DNA of 64,000 nt. Origin: an uncultured Fluviicola sp. (GTDB lineage Bacteria; Bacteroidota; Bacteroidia; Flavobacteriales_D; Crocinitomicaceae). Where the stretch lies: assembly GCA_966248825.1 (NCBI GenBank), contig CBINBC010000015.1:1-64000 (forward strand), read 5' to 3'. Position numbers and translations under genes: made by a program. The notes beneath the pieces are model-generated. The model did not search any database, had not been told where the DNA came from, and saw only the letters and a program-made list of their open reading frames with translations. This document shows positions 21,701 through 31,064 of this stretch, piece after piece. Numbering within the stretch: the stretch's first letter is position 1; every line of letters begins with the position of its first letter.

Positions 21701-22722
21701 GAAGCCGGCACAGAGAGGATAAAAGAATTCAAATCTGCTCCGTCATCAGAACAGGCTGCACTTGCAAACGTAGTATAAGTAATTGTTCCCGAGGGCATAT
21801 TATCTCTCCAGACTTCTGTTCCGTTAACGTAAACAACAGCCCCGTCATCACGTCTCACTTTGAACTGGAACGATTGATACAAATTCGTATTAGAGATAGA
21901 AACTGTCTTTCTAAAATAGGTCGTGGGATACTTATTTGTACCTGAAGGTCCATAACTAATAACCGTTGATTCATCTCCGTCACCGTAACCGAGTTCTGCA
22001 TTTCCTGTCGACCAGGAGCTATCGTCAAAACCACCGGAAGTCCACGCAGTACCCTGGTCTGTTCCATTGTCTTTATATTTCCATAAAGCTCCAAGAGCAA
22101 CAACTTGGGTTTGGGCTGGTGTTTCCAAACCTATCAATTCCATATCAAATGATAAATCGCTGCTTGTATTATTTCGCTGATGCACTTCAACGGCAATCAG
22201 ATTCGTCCCTGTGGTAAACCCTGCCGCTACTGCGTCAACTGTGGTTGTCTGGATTCCATTACCATCGTCTGATGCATCACCCGATGCAGTTGTCGAAAAC
22301 AATACTGTTCCGGAAGGCATATTATTTCGCCAGATTTCTGTTCCATTCACATAAACCACAATTCCATCGTCGCGCTTGCAGTTTAACTGAATTTGAGCAA
22401 AATCATTGATGTTTGCAATTACAACTGATTTCCTGAAATAGGTTGTGATGTATTTATTCGTACTTGAAGGACCGTAACTTACAACGGTTGTTTCATCTCC
22501 GTCACCGTATCCAAGCTGACCATTCCCGGAAGCCCAGGCACTGTCATCAAAACCTACAGCAGTCCATGCTGTCCCCTGGTTACTCCCATTATCCAAATAT
22601 TTCCAATTCGAATTATAATTAAACAGGGTGGTTTGTCCGATAGCAAAATGACAAAACAGCAAAAATGTTAAAAAACAAGTTTTCATAAGTGCACTAATTT
22701 TGTTGCAAAGAAAACAAGGCAC
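18775..22722 (-). CDS. Giant T9SS-secreted purple-acid-phosphatase-like metallophosphoesterase. It has two tandem N-terminal ~165-aa modules, C-terminal Ig-like repeats and a T9SS CTD.
   Basis: PAP motifs GDCG, LGDNAYNSG, GNHDY and CGHSHDYERS. Two tandem copies of the WKYxDNG…LGYGDGDE…TTYFRK…DDG.VVYVNGTE…NMPSGT…LIAVE.HQ…SSDLSFDME module. C-terminal repeated SFTGLN…VGVPAGG…FSGPG Ig-like units. CTD KVYPNPAKERTIIRL…GVYNLILHV. The likely start is MKTCFLTF at 22686. Confidence 0.8.
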   Translation of the reverse strand: MPCFLCNKISALMKTCFLTFLLFCHFAIGQTTLFNYNSNWKYLDNGSNQGTAWTAVGFDDSAWASGNGQLGYGDGDETTVVSYGPSSTNKYITTYFRKSVVIANINDFAQIQLNCKRDDGIVVYVNGTEIWRNNMPSGTVLFSTTASGDASDDGNGIQTTTVDAVAAGFTTGTNLIAVEVHQRNNTSSDLSFDMELIGLETPAQTQVVALGALWKYKDNGTDQGTAWTSGGFDDSSWSTGNAELGYGDGDESTVISYGPSGTNKYPTTYFRKTVSISNTNLYQSFQFKVRRDDGAVVYVNGTEVWRDNMPSGTITYTTFASAACSDDGADLNSFILSVPASAFVSGTNTIAVEIHQNNGTSSDLSFDMEVIALAPVPGGATLTRGPYIQSLTENSVILHWKTDVTIDTKVQYGTSSSLLDQEIILPAPTTDHIVTISGLLPNTKYYYSIGSTVGVIQGDTNNYVTTAPVSGTEGKYTFWVSGDCGTNTTHQRNVRDRYMEYMNGKSANGWLLLGDNAYNSGTESEYSSNFFDIYQSNLMRNTPLWPVPGNHDYANSGSRQNDHAVPYFDIFDLPVNAEAGGVPSGTEAFYSYDYGNVHFLALDSYGKEDNATRLYDTLGAQVQWIKADLALNTKPWIVAYWHHAPYTKGSHNSDTESELINIRQNFIRILEREGVDLILCGHSHDYERSKLMLGHYGNESTFNPAIHNLSQSSGKYDGSPNSCTYVKDSTNQTLEGTVYVLSGASGKLGGTQAGYPHDALPYANSTDGGSLILEFDANRLDAKWLCADGVIRDNFTIIKHANKRDTVTILYGDTTQLNASWVGDYLWSVNGETSRSISVSPETSQMISVSDQYQCVSDSIFVQVIQPTLSISTPSTMNYCVGSEMQVSYTINGYFHPDNQYRMELSDENGSFAAPISLDTIAGNQAGTFSALIPSGLTGGSYSLRILTEHPVISETVLTGIQVNELPAVSFTGLNASYFANDPNVNLVGVPAGGNFSGPGVNAAVFSPVAAGVGTHTIVYEYSDLNACYNADTNSVIVMPIQPGVQLPSLAIDAYCVGDEIQVPYITQGTFDPGNSFELQLSDAVGSFSNPVVLETQTGTSSGIFNSFIPSNLATGVGYLLRVVASNPSLTEELADPIQIYALPVVSFSGLNLSYVENDPTSLLTGVPSGGTFSGTGITGSGFDPSVAGVGGPYEIIYSFTDSNGCSSSDTSYTSVTQDQTNGISESVSGVAVKVYPNPAKERTIIRLESGQDFSLDAEVVNILGNVASLVRFTQLSSGIHEFELNAREMNLSKGVYNLILHVNGIEKRVKICFN

Positions 22723-22993
22723 TTTATCGTTTTAGTAGGGCTAATATTAAATCCCATTCTATTAATATTACTATTTCGGAAACTGAATCTATGTTCCAGA
22801 TTAAGAGATATTAAGTAATACTTAATTATGTTACCGATCTAATTTTAAACCGTAAAAATCGCAACAATCGTTTCTTTTTACTTGTTCAACTTACCTATTG
22901 AATATTGAATCTAATTCTGATTTGATCTGATTTCTGAAGAAAAGAAATACAACCTTTCATAATTTTTTAATCAATTGAACAAACCGATCTCAC

Positions 22994-23950
22994 ATGAAAG
23001 TATGTTCATTTTTTATTTTATTCGTTCTATGTTCTTTTACATATGGACAAACCGGATACAAATCAATTCCGGAAGATAGTGCTACCTGGATACAGGTACA
23101 ATTTCTCTATGGTGGTTTTCACGAACACGAAACGGTTACTACTGCTGTTTACTTATTGGGCGATACGTTAATTAATGGACAAACCTACATCCGATTCGGA
23201 AGTCATGGTATGCGCAAATGGATTGATGGATTCGGTTCTCCAAACCAAAACAGCGGAGGTGGTTCAATTCCTTATGAAGAAGGATACTTCCGACAAGATC
23301 AGCTTCAGAAAAAAGTATTCATCCGGAACACTTCCAACCAGAGTGATGAGTTACTTTATGATTTCGGAAGTTTAGTGATTGGTCAGCCGTACCCGGAAAC
23401 AATCACCAATTTGTACTATCCGAATCTGTTGGTCATGGGCCAGGATTCCGTTCAGTTGATGGATGGTAATTATTATAAACGTTGGGTTTTGGGAACAAAT
23501 TCTCTAGACTCCGCCTATACAGCTGTTATTGAAGGGGTTGGCGGTACACATGGATTCAACACACCCATTCACCCGGTCTTTGAGCAGGAATCACATTTAT
23601 TGTGCCATAAGGTTGGAACACAACACATATATGAAGATTGGCAAACCAGTGTTATTTCACCGGAATATTCCGAGGATTGTTCCAGAACTCTTTCGTTTGA
23701 AGAAAAAGCTGAAGGAAGTGTGCTCATCTATCCCAATCCATCAAAATCTCACATATCAATTGAATCAAGCGGATTAATCGAATCGGTTAAAATCTATGAT
23801 TTGAACGGTCAATCTCTGCTTCACCTTGAAAACATCAATGAAAACATTGTGAGTTTTGCCCCGGATACTTTGCTGCAAGGTGTTTATTTGATACATATTG
23901 TATCTGCAGATGGAAATTTCATCATGCGGAAAATCCAATTAATCCGATAG
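22994..23950 (+). CDS. Hypothetical secreted protein with T9SS C-terminal sorting domain
   Basis: Signal peptide MKVCSFFILFVLCSFTYGQ. CTD VLIYPNPSKSHISIES…IYDLNGQ…GVYLIHIVSADG. Confidence 0.7.
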   Translation: MKVCSFFILFVLCSFTYGQTGYKSIPEDSATWIQVQFLYGGFHEHETVTTAVYLLGDTLINGQTYIRFGSHGMRKWIDGFGSPNQNSGGGSIPYEEGYFRQDQLQKKVFIRNTSNQSDELLYDFGSLVIGQPYPETITNLYYPNLLVMGQDSVQLMDGNYYKRWVLGTNSLDSAYTAVIEGVGGTHGFNTPIHPVFEQESHLLCHKVGTQHIYEDWQTSVISPEYSEDCSRTLSFEEKAEGSVLIYPNPSKSHISIESSGLIESVKIYDLNGQSLLHLENINENIVSFAPDTLLQGVYLIHIVSADGNFIMRKIQLIR

Positions 23951-23999
23951 GATTACACTAAATCAAGTAGTGGCGCGATAAATCGCGCCACTACAGTTT

Positions 24000-25961
24000 T
24001 TATTCTGACTTCGCAGGACCTTGCTTCGGTTTTGCTTCCGGCTTTGAGATCTTTTGAGGGGTTTCCGTTTTCTTTTCCGGATCCATCATTTCCATCAACT
24101 TCAACCCCAAGAGGCCGTCCATTGCCGATCCGCCTTGCTGACCGTTTCCACCGATCAACACATCCGGGATCAACTTGATGTTTCCTTTCGACAGCTCTTC
24201 GGTGATCTTGTAACGCGTGAAGTTCTCGCCGCCCAGCGCTTTCACAGCCAGTTCGTAAGCTTCGGCAGTAGATTTACCAATCGCCTGGATCTTGCTCGCT
24301 TCTGCAATACCTGTTTTTGATATGCGCTCTGCTTCCGCATCTGCTTTCAATTTTACCGCTTCGGAATCTGCTTTTGCACGCGCTCTCGTAGCTTCTGCTT
24401 CTGCCAATGCACGCATTTTTGTTGCTTCTGCTTCCGCACCAACGGCCAATTTCACTCCGGAGGCGTCACCCTCGGCTTTTTTCACTGTAGCATTTGCGGT
24501 ACGTTCTGCAATCTCCACACTTTGCTGCGCTTTTACGATGTCTTTCTGCATGTCTGCAATAGCCGTTTCCTTTTCCATTCCCTGGCGTGTTTCCTGTGCC
24601 TGTTTCTGGGTTTCGTAGGTCACTTTCTGCTCTTCCGCAATCTTACGATCCGTTAAAGTCTTCATCAGGGATTCCGGCGGAACGATATCCCCGATCAAAG
24701 TATCCACCGCATTTACGTTGTACTCATCCAATACTTTCTTGATGTGGTCTTTTGCGGATTCCTGGCGCTCCTTACGGGTTGACAAGAAGGCAATCACATC
24801 ACTGTCCTGTGCGGAGTTCCGGAAGTAGTTACCGATAGTCGGTTCCAGTACCTGTGTTACCAGGTTCACCATATTACCAAAACGCGCAATTACTTTTGGT
24901 GCTTCCGTAGTTGGAACGTGAATGATCTGAGAGACATCCAGGTTGAACGGGAAACCGTCTTTTGAACGCACTGTAATCGTAGACAAGTTCTTATCCAGGT
25001 TGTGCGATTCACTTCGAGCCTGAGCCCAGTTCAATACCAGGTTTGTTGTTGGTACCAACTCCACTTTCATGGTGTATTTGTTCACCGGGTACTTTCCGGG
25101 ACCAAACGGTTCCGACCAAACACCTTTACTTCCTTTCTCCACGATATTTCCATGCTTGAAGTCTGTTCCGGTAAGATCTTTCCCATCATGCCCAATGTAC
25201 GAGATTACTACTCCCACATATCCGATCGGAATTTCTGTCATGGGGGTTTCTTCTACCTGTAATGCCCATGGATTCAAGTTGTAGGATCCTGCCAAAATGA
25301 CTGTTGGCTGCAAACCGCGGTTTCCACCATTTTCCAAAAAAGTGTCAAAATCCTGGAAGTTGTTGTGTCCGGCAACTGCTTTACCCGCAATTTCTCCGTG
25401 TTCGATCGGCATACCATCCAGCGTTGTAACGATACCTACCATGCTTTCGCGAATACGCACCATTTCTGTGATCGAAACCTGGAACAACATCGTATTGATA
25501 CGGTATGAACCCGCCGTAATGTAGTTTGTTTGTCGACCACGCTGACCGTTATTTCTCAGGAACATGTCTGCGTCCTGGAAATTATCGCATTCTACTTTAC
25601 GTCCCAGGATATTTCCCGTTGGGATTTCAGCACCGTCTTTTGAAAGCACCAATCCAATTTTTCCTTCCGGAATAACAGTAAACTGCTCCATCGTGATTTC
25701 GTACTGCCAAACCCACATTCCGAAATACAATCCCGGAGCAAGTGTTTTAGCCTGGAAACCCGCCTCGCCGTTAATCGCCACAATGCGGCCATCCGGAAGT
25801 TCTTTGTGTTCACCGAAGAGGACGAATTTTTTGGTCACTAATCCAATCCTGTCTTCGGGAACGATGACCATTCCGAACAGGAATCTTAAAATAAATTTGT
25901 AGAGGATCAAACAGATGACAATCAATCCGATCCACCAATAACTAAGTAACATTTCTTTCAT
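24000..25961 (-). CDS. Flotillin-like SPFH/band-7 domain protein (YqiK-like)
   Basis: N-terminal TM segment. SPFH/flotillin core (…VIARFGNMVNLVTQVLEPTIGNYFRNSAQ…). A/E-rich coiled-coil repeats (AEAEATRARAKADSEAVKLKADAEAER). Basic/Pro-rich tail. Confidence 0.8.
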   Translation of the reverse strand: MKEMLLSYWWIGLIVICLILYKFILRFLFGMVIVPEDRIGLVTKKFVLFGEHKELPDGRIVAINGEAGFQAKTLAPGLYFGMWVWQYEITMEQFTVIPEGKIGLVLSKDGAEIPTGNILGRKVECDNFQDADMFLRNNGQRGRQTNYITAGSYRINTMLFQVSITEMVRIRESMVGIVTTLDGMPIEHGEIAGKAVAGHNNFQDFDTFLENGGNRGLQPTVILAGSYNLNPWALQVEETPMTEIPIGYVGVVISYIGHDGKDLTGTDFKHGNIVEKGSKGVWSEPFGPGKYPVNKYTMKVELVPTTNLVLNWAQARSESHNLDKNLSTITVRSKDGFPFNLDVSQIIHVPTTEAPKVIARFGNMVNLVTQVLEPTIGNYFRNSAQDSDVIAFLSTRKERQESAKDHIKKVLDEYNVNAVDTLIGDIVPPESLMKTLTDRKIAEEQKVTYETQKQAQETRQGMEKETAIADMQKDIVKAQQSVEIAERTANATVKKAEGDASGVKLAVGAEAEATKMRALAEAEATRARAKADSEAVKLKADAEAERISKTGIAEASKIQAIGKSTAEAYELAVKALGGENFTRYKITEELSKGNIKLIPDVLIGGNGQQGGSAMDGLLGLKLMEMMDPEKKTETPQKISKPEAKPKQGPAKSE

Positions 25962-26481
25962 AGGTTTCTATTATTTAATTTAAAAGTTGGCACGTTACTT
26001 GCCGTGTCAAATTTAGAAGAAAAGCATTCAAAACTCCCAGTCGGACCCAATTTCTTATACACAGAAACCCTTATCAAAAGTTCATGTATTTGATATGAGT
26101 CCCGACTTGGGAGCGCCTTTGGCGGCAGGTTGACAAAACGCATCATTTACCGGCCGGGCAAAAGACACATTTGGTCAAACTGCTTTGATCCAATTTCTTT
26201 AAAAATGATTCACTTCAGTAACGTACAGTTTGTAATACAACTGAACGTTTCTATTCCGATCGAAGGCTTGAGGGAAGTGGCCGAGTTCCGGTGGGCTGTA
26301 TCGCGAATGTGACATTCACGGGGTAAATGTATATAACCTGGGATAATCCGGAAGATATTTAGGATATTTTTACTTAAAATCTGTTATTTTCAAGACAATT
26401 TTCAGGTGCTTTTTTCAAGCTGTTTCCTCAGTAAAAACGGGAGTTACAGAAAGGTTTTTGACCTTACTGATGTTATTCCTG

Positions 26482-27231
26482 TTACTTTACAAACTTCACG
26501 TGCTTTTCATTACCGATATTATCCTTGATATGGGCAATGTAATATCCTCCGGGGAAAGAAGAAACATCTAAATTTTGAGATCCTTCCATCGTATTGCTGT
26601 GTATCAATTCACCTGAAAGAGCATATACTTCCAAGTTCCATGTACAGCCTTCCACTGCATATACAGAAAGTGTGTTTTCAGCACTCATCCATAACGAAAT
26701 ATCATTGATGATTTGCGGAACGACCAATGGTTTAGGCGCGTCCTGGAATTTGACACGGAAGAAATAACCCTTGGAACCTTTTTTAATTTTAAACAAACAT
26801 GGATGGCTTATATATCCTTCCTGGGATATGTCATAATAGCCCGGGTAATAGTATCCATGATATGTTATCGGAAATACAGTTCCTTCCAAAACGGATACTA
26901 TGTGATTTTCAACAGTAGTATCAATAGGGTAGCATATACCATCTGCGTGCCAGTAAGCTGTATACTGCAATGAATCTCCAAAAGGCAGTGTAAGATCATA
27001 AATTATGGAATCTGACCAGGTAGTTGAATCTATCTGAAAATTCCCATAGTATGAAAAGTTATTGGAGTAAAATCCATCGATCCAAAAATGGTCATTGGAG
27101 TTCCAATCACCTCCATTGTTATGAAATAATTGAACTGATGCAGAACAAATTCCTTTTTTCTCCTGGTCCTGGGCGAAACCAAAAAGAGAAATGAGAATGA
27201 AAATGAGGGTAAGATTTATAGGTCGTTTCAT
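26482..27231 (-). CDS. Hypothetical secreted protein with T9SS C-terminal domain
   Basis: Signal peptide MKRPINLTLIFILISLFGFAQ. C-terminal CTD-like (…SVYAVEGCTWNLEVYALSGELI…GGYYIAHIKDNIGNEKHVKF). Confidence 0.65.
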   Translation of the reverse strand: MKRPINLTLIFILISLFGFAQDQEKKGICSASVQLFHNNGGDWNSNDHFWIDGFYSNNFSYYGNFQIDSTTWSDSIIYDLTLPFGDSLQYTAYWHADGICYPIDTTVENHIVSVLEGTVFPITYHGYYYPGYYDISQEGYISHPCLFKIKKGSKGYFFRVKFQDAPKPLVVPQIINDISLWMSAENTLSVYAVEGCTWNLEVYALSGELIHSNTMEGSQNLDVSSFPGGYYIAHIKDNIGNEKHVKFVK

Positions 27232-27327
27232 GAATGCATAACGCAGAAAAAATCAATTTCGTATAGCTGTTCGAATCTATTATTGCATGTTCGCGGTATT
27301 TAGCATCAATATCGGGGTCAGCTCACA

Positions 27328-27366
27328 AACAAAAAAAGGCTCTTCCACCGCAGCGGAAAAGCCTTT
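27328..27366 (-). terminator. Rho-independent terminator at the end of the atp operon (after atpG)
   Basis: + strand aaaggctcttcc-accgcagc-ggaaaagccttt. On the minus strand this gives a 12-bp stem followed by UUUUUUU. It sits immediately downstream of the atpG stop. Confidence 0.7.
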
Positions 27367-27387
27367 CTTTATTATTCTTTTCAAATA

Positions 27388-28263
27388 TTAGCCGTTCAAT
27401 GCTTCCGCACCACCAACGATCTCTAAGATCTCGTTTGTAATTGCAGCCTGACGGGCTTTGTTGTAGCTTAATTTTAAACTACGCTGTAACTCCTTGGCAT
27501 TATCCGTTGCTTTGTGCATGGCGGTCATACGCGCTCCGTGCTCGGATGCATTTGAATCCAACAATGCTTTAAACAATTGGATTTTCAACGTTTTCGGGAT
27601 CAACTCTTCCACGATCTCTTCTTTCGAAGGTTCGAAGATATAATCTCCGGCTTGTTTATCGCTTGCCTGCTCTGTAGGAACAATAGGCAATAACTGCTCT
27701 TCTACCACTAACTGAGAAGCAGCATTAACAAAGCTGTTGTAAATCACAACCACTTTATCAAACTTCTTTTCAAGAAAGGATTTCATAGCGAAATCAGCAA
27801 CTACGGATACGTTTCCAAAAGACAAATCAGCAAAGATATCTTCTGAAATACCTGTTCCTACCGTATCAAAATACATGTCTGAACGTTTGAATGCATCCTT
27901 TGCTTTCTTCCCTAAACAAAGTAGGTTTACGTTTGCATTTGAATATTCTTCGGTAATTGCCAGGTTCACGCGTTTGATGATGTTGTTATTGAAACCACCG
28001 CACAATCCACGATTGGAAGTAATAGCGATAATCAATACATTTTCAACAGGACGTGCAGCCGCTAAAGCATTCTCAGAAATATCCAAAGAAGCTGTCAAAT
28101 TACCCAGGATCTCCTGCAATTTCTCAGCATACGGACGCATTTGAGTAATTGCATCCTGCGCACGCTTCAACTTTGCAGCAGAAACCATCTTCATTGCAGA
28201 GGTAATCTGCATCGTAGATCCTACTGAAGTAATTCGATTTCGTATTTCTTTAAGATTCGGCAT
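27388..28263 (-). CDS. atpG: F0F1 ATP synthase subunit gamma
   Basis: 291 aa. MPNLKEIRNRITSVGSTMQITSAMKMVSAAKL N-terminus and C-terminal …AITNEILEIVGGAEAL are typical gamma-subunit ends. Position follows atpA. Confidence 0.93.
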   Translation of the reverse strand: MPNLKEIRNRITSVGSTMQITSAMKMVSAAKLKRAQDAITQMRPYAEKLQEILGNLTASLDISENALAAARPVENVLIIAITSNRGLCGGFNNNIIKRVNLAITEEYSNANVNLLCLGKKAKDAFKRSDMYFDTVGTGISEDIFADLSFGNVSVVADFAMKSFLEKKFDKVVVIYNSFVNAASQLVVEEQLLPIVPTEQASDKQAGDYIFEPSKEEIVEELIPKTLKIQLFKALLDSNASEHGARMTAMHKATDNAKELQRSLKLSYNKARQAAITNEILEIVGGAEALNG

Positions 28264-28347
28264 ATCTTTAATTTAGAATTGAAAATGCAAAATTGAAAAG
28301 ACTGTGCTCTCCCCTTTTACATTCTCAATTTTCAATTTTCAATTCTA

Positions 28348-29922
28348 TTAATATTTAGCAGCGATCTCTTTCGCAACTTTTCCTAAAAGATCTGTATCAG
28401 CATCTTCGTATTTTCCGGCTTTCAAACGAACCAATACATCCGCATGTTTCGCCTCCAGGAAATCCAAATATTCTTTTTCGAAATCTTTTACTTTGTTCAC
28501 AGGAACGTTCTGCATCAATCCTTTTGTACCAACGTAGATGATAGCAATTTGCTTTTCTACCGGGTATGGATCACCTTCGCGCTGCTTCAGGATCTCTAAG
28601 TTACGAGCTCCTTTGTCCAATACAGACTTCGTAGCCGCATCCAAATCAGAACCGAATTTCGCGAACGCTTCCAACTCACGGTATTGTGCCTGATCCAATT
28701 TCAAAGTACCAGCTACTTTCTTCATGGATTTAATTTGCGCGTTACCTCCTACACGAGATACAGAGATACCTACGTTAATTGCAGGACGGATACCAGCGTT
28801 GAACAAGTCACCTTCTAAGAAGATCTGACCATCTGTAATCGAAATCACGTTTGTAGGGATGTATGCAGATACGTCACCCGCTTGTGTTTCAATAATTGGA
28901 AGTGCAGTCAATGAACCGCCACCTTTCACAATTCCTTTCAAAGATTCAGGAAGGTCGTTCATTTGAGCAGCGATTTTATCATCAGCGATGATTTTCGCAG
29001 CACGCTCCAACAAACGGGAGTGAAGGTAGAATACGTCACCAGGGTAAGCCTCACGGCCCGGAGGACGGCGTAGTAACAAAGATACCTCGCGGTAAGCAAC
29101 TGCCTGCTTGGAAAGGTCATCAAATACGATCAATGCAGGACGTCCTGAATCACGGAAGAACTCACCGATAGCAGCACCAGTCATTGGAGCGTAGAACTGC
29201 ATTGGAGCCGGATCAGAAGCATTTGCAGCAACGATTACCGTGTAAGCCATTGCACCTGCATCTTCTAATTTCTTATAGATTCCCGCTACCGTTGAACCTT
29301 TCTGTCCGATTGCTACATAGATACAGAAAACCGGTTCCCCGCGGTCATAAAATTCTTTTTGATTGATGATTGCATCGATCGCAACCGTTGTTTTTCCTGT
29401 TTGACGGTCACCGATGATCAACTCACGTTGTCCACGCCCGATCGGAATCATCGCATCCACTGCTTTGATACCTGTTTGAAGCGGCTCAGTTACCGGCTGA
29501 CGGAAGATAACTCCCGGAGCTTTACGCTCGATCGGCATTTCGTATAACTGACCTGCGATAGGTCCTTTACCGTCGATTGGGTTACCGATAGTATCCACAA
29601 CACGACCAACCATTCCGTCACCAACGTTAACAGAAGCAATGCGGTTCAAACGTTTTACCGTATCACCTTCTTTTACAGAAGAGGAACGACCCAATAATAC
29701 TACCCCTACGTTGTCTTCTTCCAGGTTCAATGCAATTCCCTGCAATCCACCGTCGAATTCAACCAATTCTCCGTATTGAACACCTTTCAATCCGTAAACG
29801 CGAGCGATACCATCACCGATCTGTAGTACCGTACCTACTTCCTGCAATTCAGCTTCCGAACGGAACCCTGATAATTGCTCTCTTAAAATCGCAGAAACTT
29901 CTGCTGGTTTAACATCTGCCAT
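28348..29922 (-). CDS. atpA: F0F1 ATP synthase subunit alpha
   Basis: Walker [21 protein letters not shown], 524 aa. Confidence 0.95.
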   Translation of the reverse strand: MADVKPAEVSAILREQLSGFRSEAELQEVGTVLQIGDGIARVYGLKGVQYGELVEFDGGLQGIALNLEEDNVGVVLLGRSSSVKEGDTVKRLNRIASVNVGDGMVGRVVDTIGNPIDGKGPIAGQLYEMPIERKAPGVIFRQPVTEPLQTGIKAVDAMIPIGRGQRELIIGDRQTGKTTVAIDAIINQKEFYDRGEPVFCIYVAIGQKGSTVAGIYKKLEDAGAMAYTVIVAANASDPAPMQFYAPMTGAAIGEFFRDSGRPALIVFDDLSKQAVAYREVSLLLRRPPGREAYPGDVFYLHSRLLERAAKIIADDKIAAQMNDLPESLKGIVKGGGSLTALPIIETQAGDVSAYIPTNVISITDGQIFLEGDLFNAGIRPAINVGISVSRVGGNAQIKSMKKVAGTLKLDQAQYRELEAFAKFGSDLDAATKSVLDKGARNLEILKQREGDPYPVEKQIAIIYVGTKGLMQNVPVNKVKDFEKEYLDFLEAKHADVLVRLKAGKYEDADTDLLGKVAKEIAAKY

Positions 29923-29952
29923 GTCTTTCTAATTAAACGACGAATAATACGC

Positions 29953-30486
29953 CTATCTGGTTAAACGTTGTTTCAATTTATTAATTTGTGATGCAACGGA
30001 TGCATCGATTTGAGTATCGCCCATACGAACGACAAAGCCTCCGATCAGGTCCGTGTCAATCTTCTCAGTCAACTCAACAGTTCCTGATATAGAAGCCTGA
30101 ACTTTGGAAACGATCTCTTTCTTTACTTGTTCATCCAATTTATGTGCGCTGATCAATGTCACCGGAACAATTCCCTGATGTACTTTCAATAAGCTATCAA
30201 AGGACGCTGCGATTTGTGACAAATATGCTTCGCGACCATTCTTCACAATCAGTTCCACGAACATGTTTGTTACTTTATCGAATTGGTCAAAAATTGCATT
30301 CAAAACAGCAATCTTCTTATCTGCTTTCACAATCGGACTTTGAAGCATGTTCTCCAAATCCGGATTCTCAGCACATATTGTTGCCATGTATTTCATGTCT
30401 GCCGCAACTGCATCCACTTTGTTTTGTTCGATTGCAAGATCCAACAAAGCTTGTGCGTAACGGGAAGCTGATTTCGAACTCTTCAT
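29953..30486 (-). CDS. atpH: F0F1 ATP synthase subunit delta (OSCP)
   Basis: 177 aa OSCP-like sequence (…SRYAQALLDLA…TVTSA…) lying between atpF and atpA. Confidence 0.85.
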   Translation of the reverse strand: MKSSKSASRYAQALLDLAIEQNKVDAVAADMKYMATICAENPDLENMLQSPIVKADKKIAVLNAIFDQFDKVTNMFVELIVKNGREAYLSQIAASFDSLLKVHQGIVPVTLISAHKLDEQVKKEIVSKVQASISGTVELTEKIDTDLIGGFVVRMGDTQIDASVASQINKLKQRLTR

Positions 30487-30495
30487 TTCTATCGA

Positions 30496-30990
30496 TTAGT
30501 TCAAGTTAATATCACCTGCCATTTTCTCAGCCAACGCCTTTTGCTTCTCATCGGAAGATAATTCTCCGCGGATGATTTTCTCAGCGATTTCCAATGAAAT
30601 TGCAGCAACTTGTGTTTTCAATTCAGCGATTGCAGCTGTTTTCTCCGTGTTGATGGTAGCACGTGCCGACTCAACGATTTTGTTTGCTTCTGCTTTCGCA
30701 GTATTCTTAGCATCCTCTACCATTTTCACAGCTGTTTCTTTTGCATCTTTCACGATTGCATCACGCTCAGCACGAGCTTCTTTCAATAAGTTCTCGTTTT
30801 GAGCCTGCAAAGCATGCATTTCAGCTTTTGTTTTTTCAGCCAATTCCAATGCATCGGAAATTTTTTGCTCACGTGCATTTACGGAAGTCAAAATCGGTTT
30901 CCAAATGAACTTGGTTAAAATAACCAACAACAGAACGAATACTAAGCCCGTCCAAAAAAGTAATCCTAAATCTGGTGTAATTAACCCCAT
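30496..30990 (-). CDS. atpF: F0F1 ATP synthase subunit b
   Basis: N-terminal TM helix followed by a long Ala/Glu/Lys-rich coiled coil, 164 aa, in operon position. Confidence 0.85.
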   Translation of the reverse strand: MGLITPDLGLLFWTGLVFVLLLVILTKFIWKPILTSVNAREQKISDALELAEKTKAEMHALQAQNENLLKEARAERDAIVKDAKETAVKMVEDAKNTAKAEANKIVESARATINTEKTAAIAELKTQVAAISLEIAEKIIRGELSSDEKQKALAEKMAGDINLN

Positions 30991-31020
30991 CTTATCTCTG
31001 TTTTAATTTTTCAATTTTGT

Positions 31021-31058
31021 AAAAAAGGCTTGCTGCAACCAACCGTTGCAACAAGCTT
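31021..31058 (-). terminator. Intra-operon hairpin/attenuator between atpE and atpF
   Basis: + strand gcttgctgcaac-caaccg-gttgcaacaagc. On the minus-strand RNA this is a 12-bp stem with one G·U pair followed by UUUUUU. Such hairpins after the c-subunit gene are commonly associated with excess c-subunit expression. Confidence 0.6.
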
Positions 31059-31064
31059 TTTCAA

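Noticed and set aside
24292-24618. 108-aa Ala/Ser-rich plus-strand ORF
   Set aside because: It is antisense to the A/E-rich coiled-coil region of the flotillin gene. Its composition is the mirror of the GC-rich GCn codons, so it is a shadow ORF.
26130-26312. Possible tRNA or small-RNA gene in the 520-bp flotillin upstream spacer
   Set aside because: I could not build an acceptor stem and anticodon cloverleaf with a conserved T-loop (GTTCRA) or D-loop. Only the imperfect palindrome reported separately is present.
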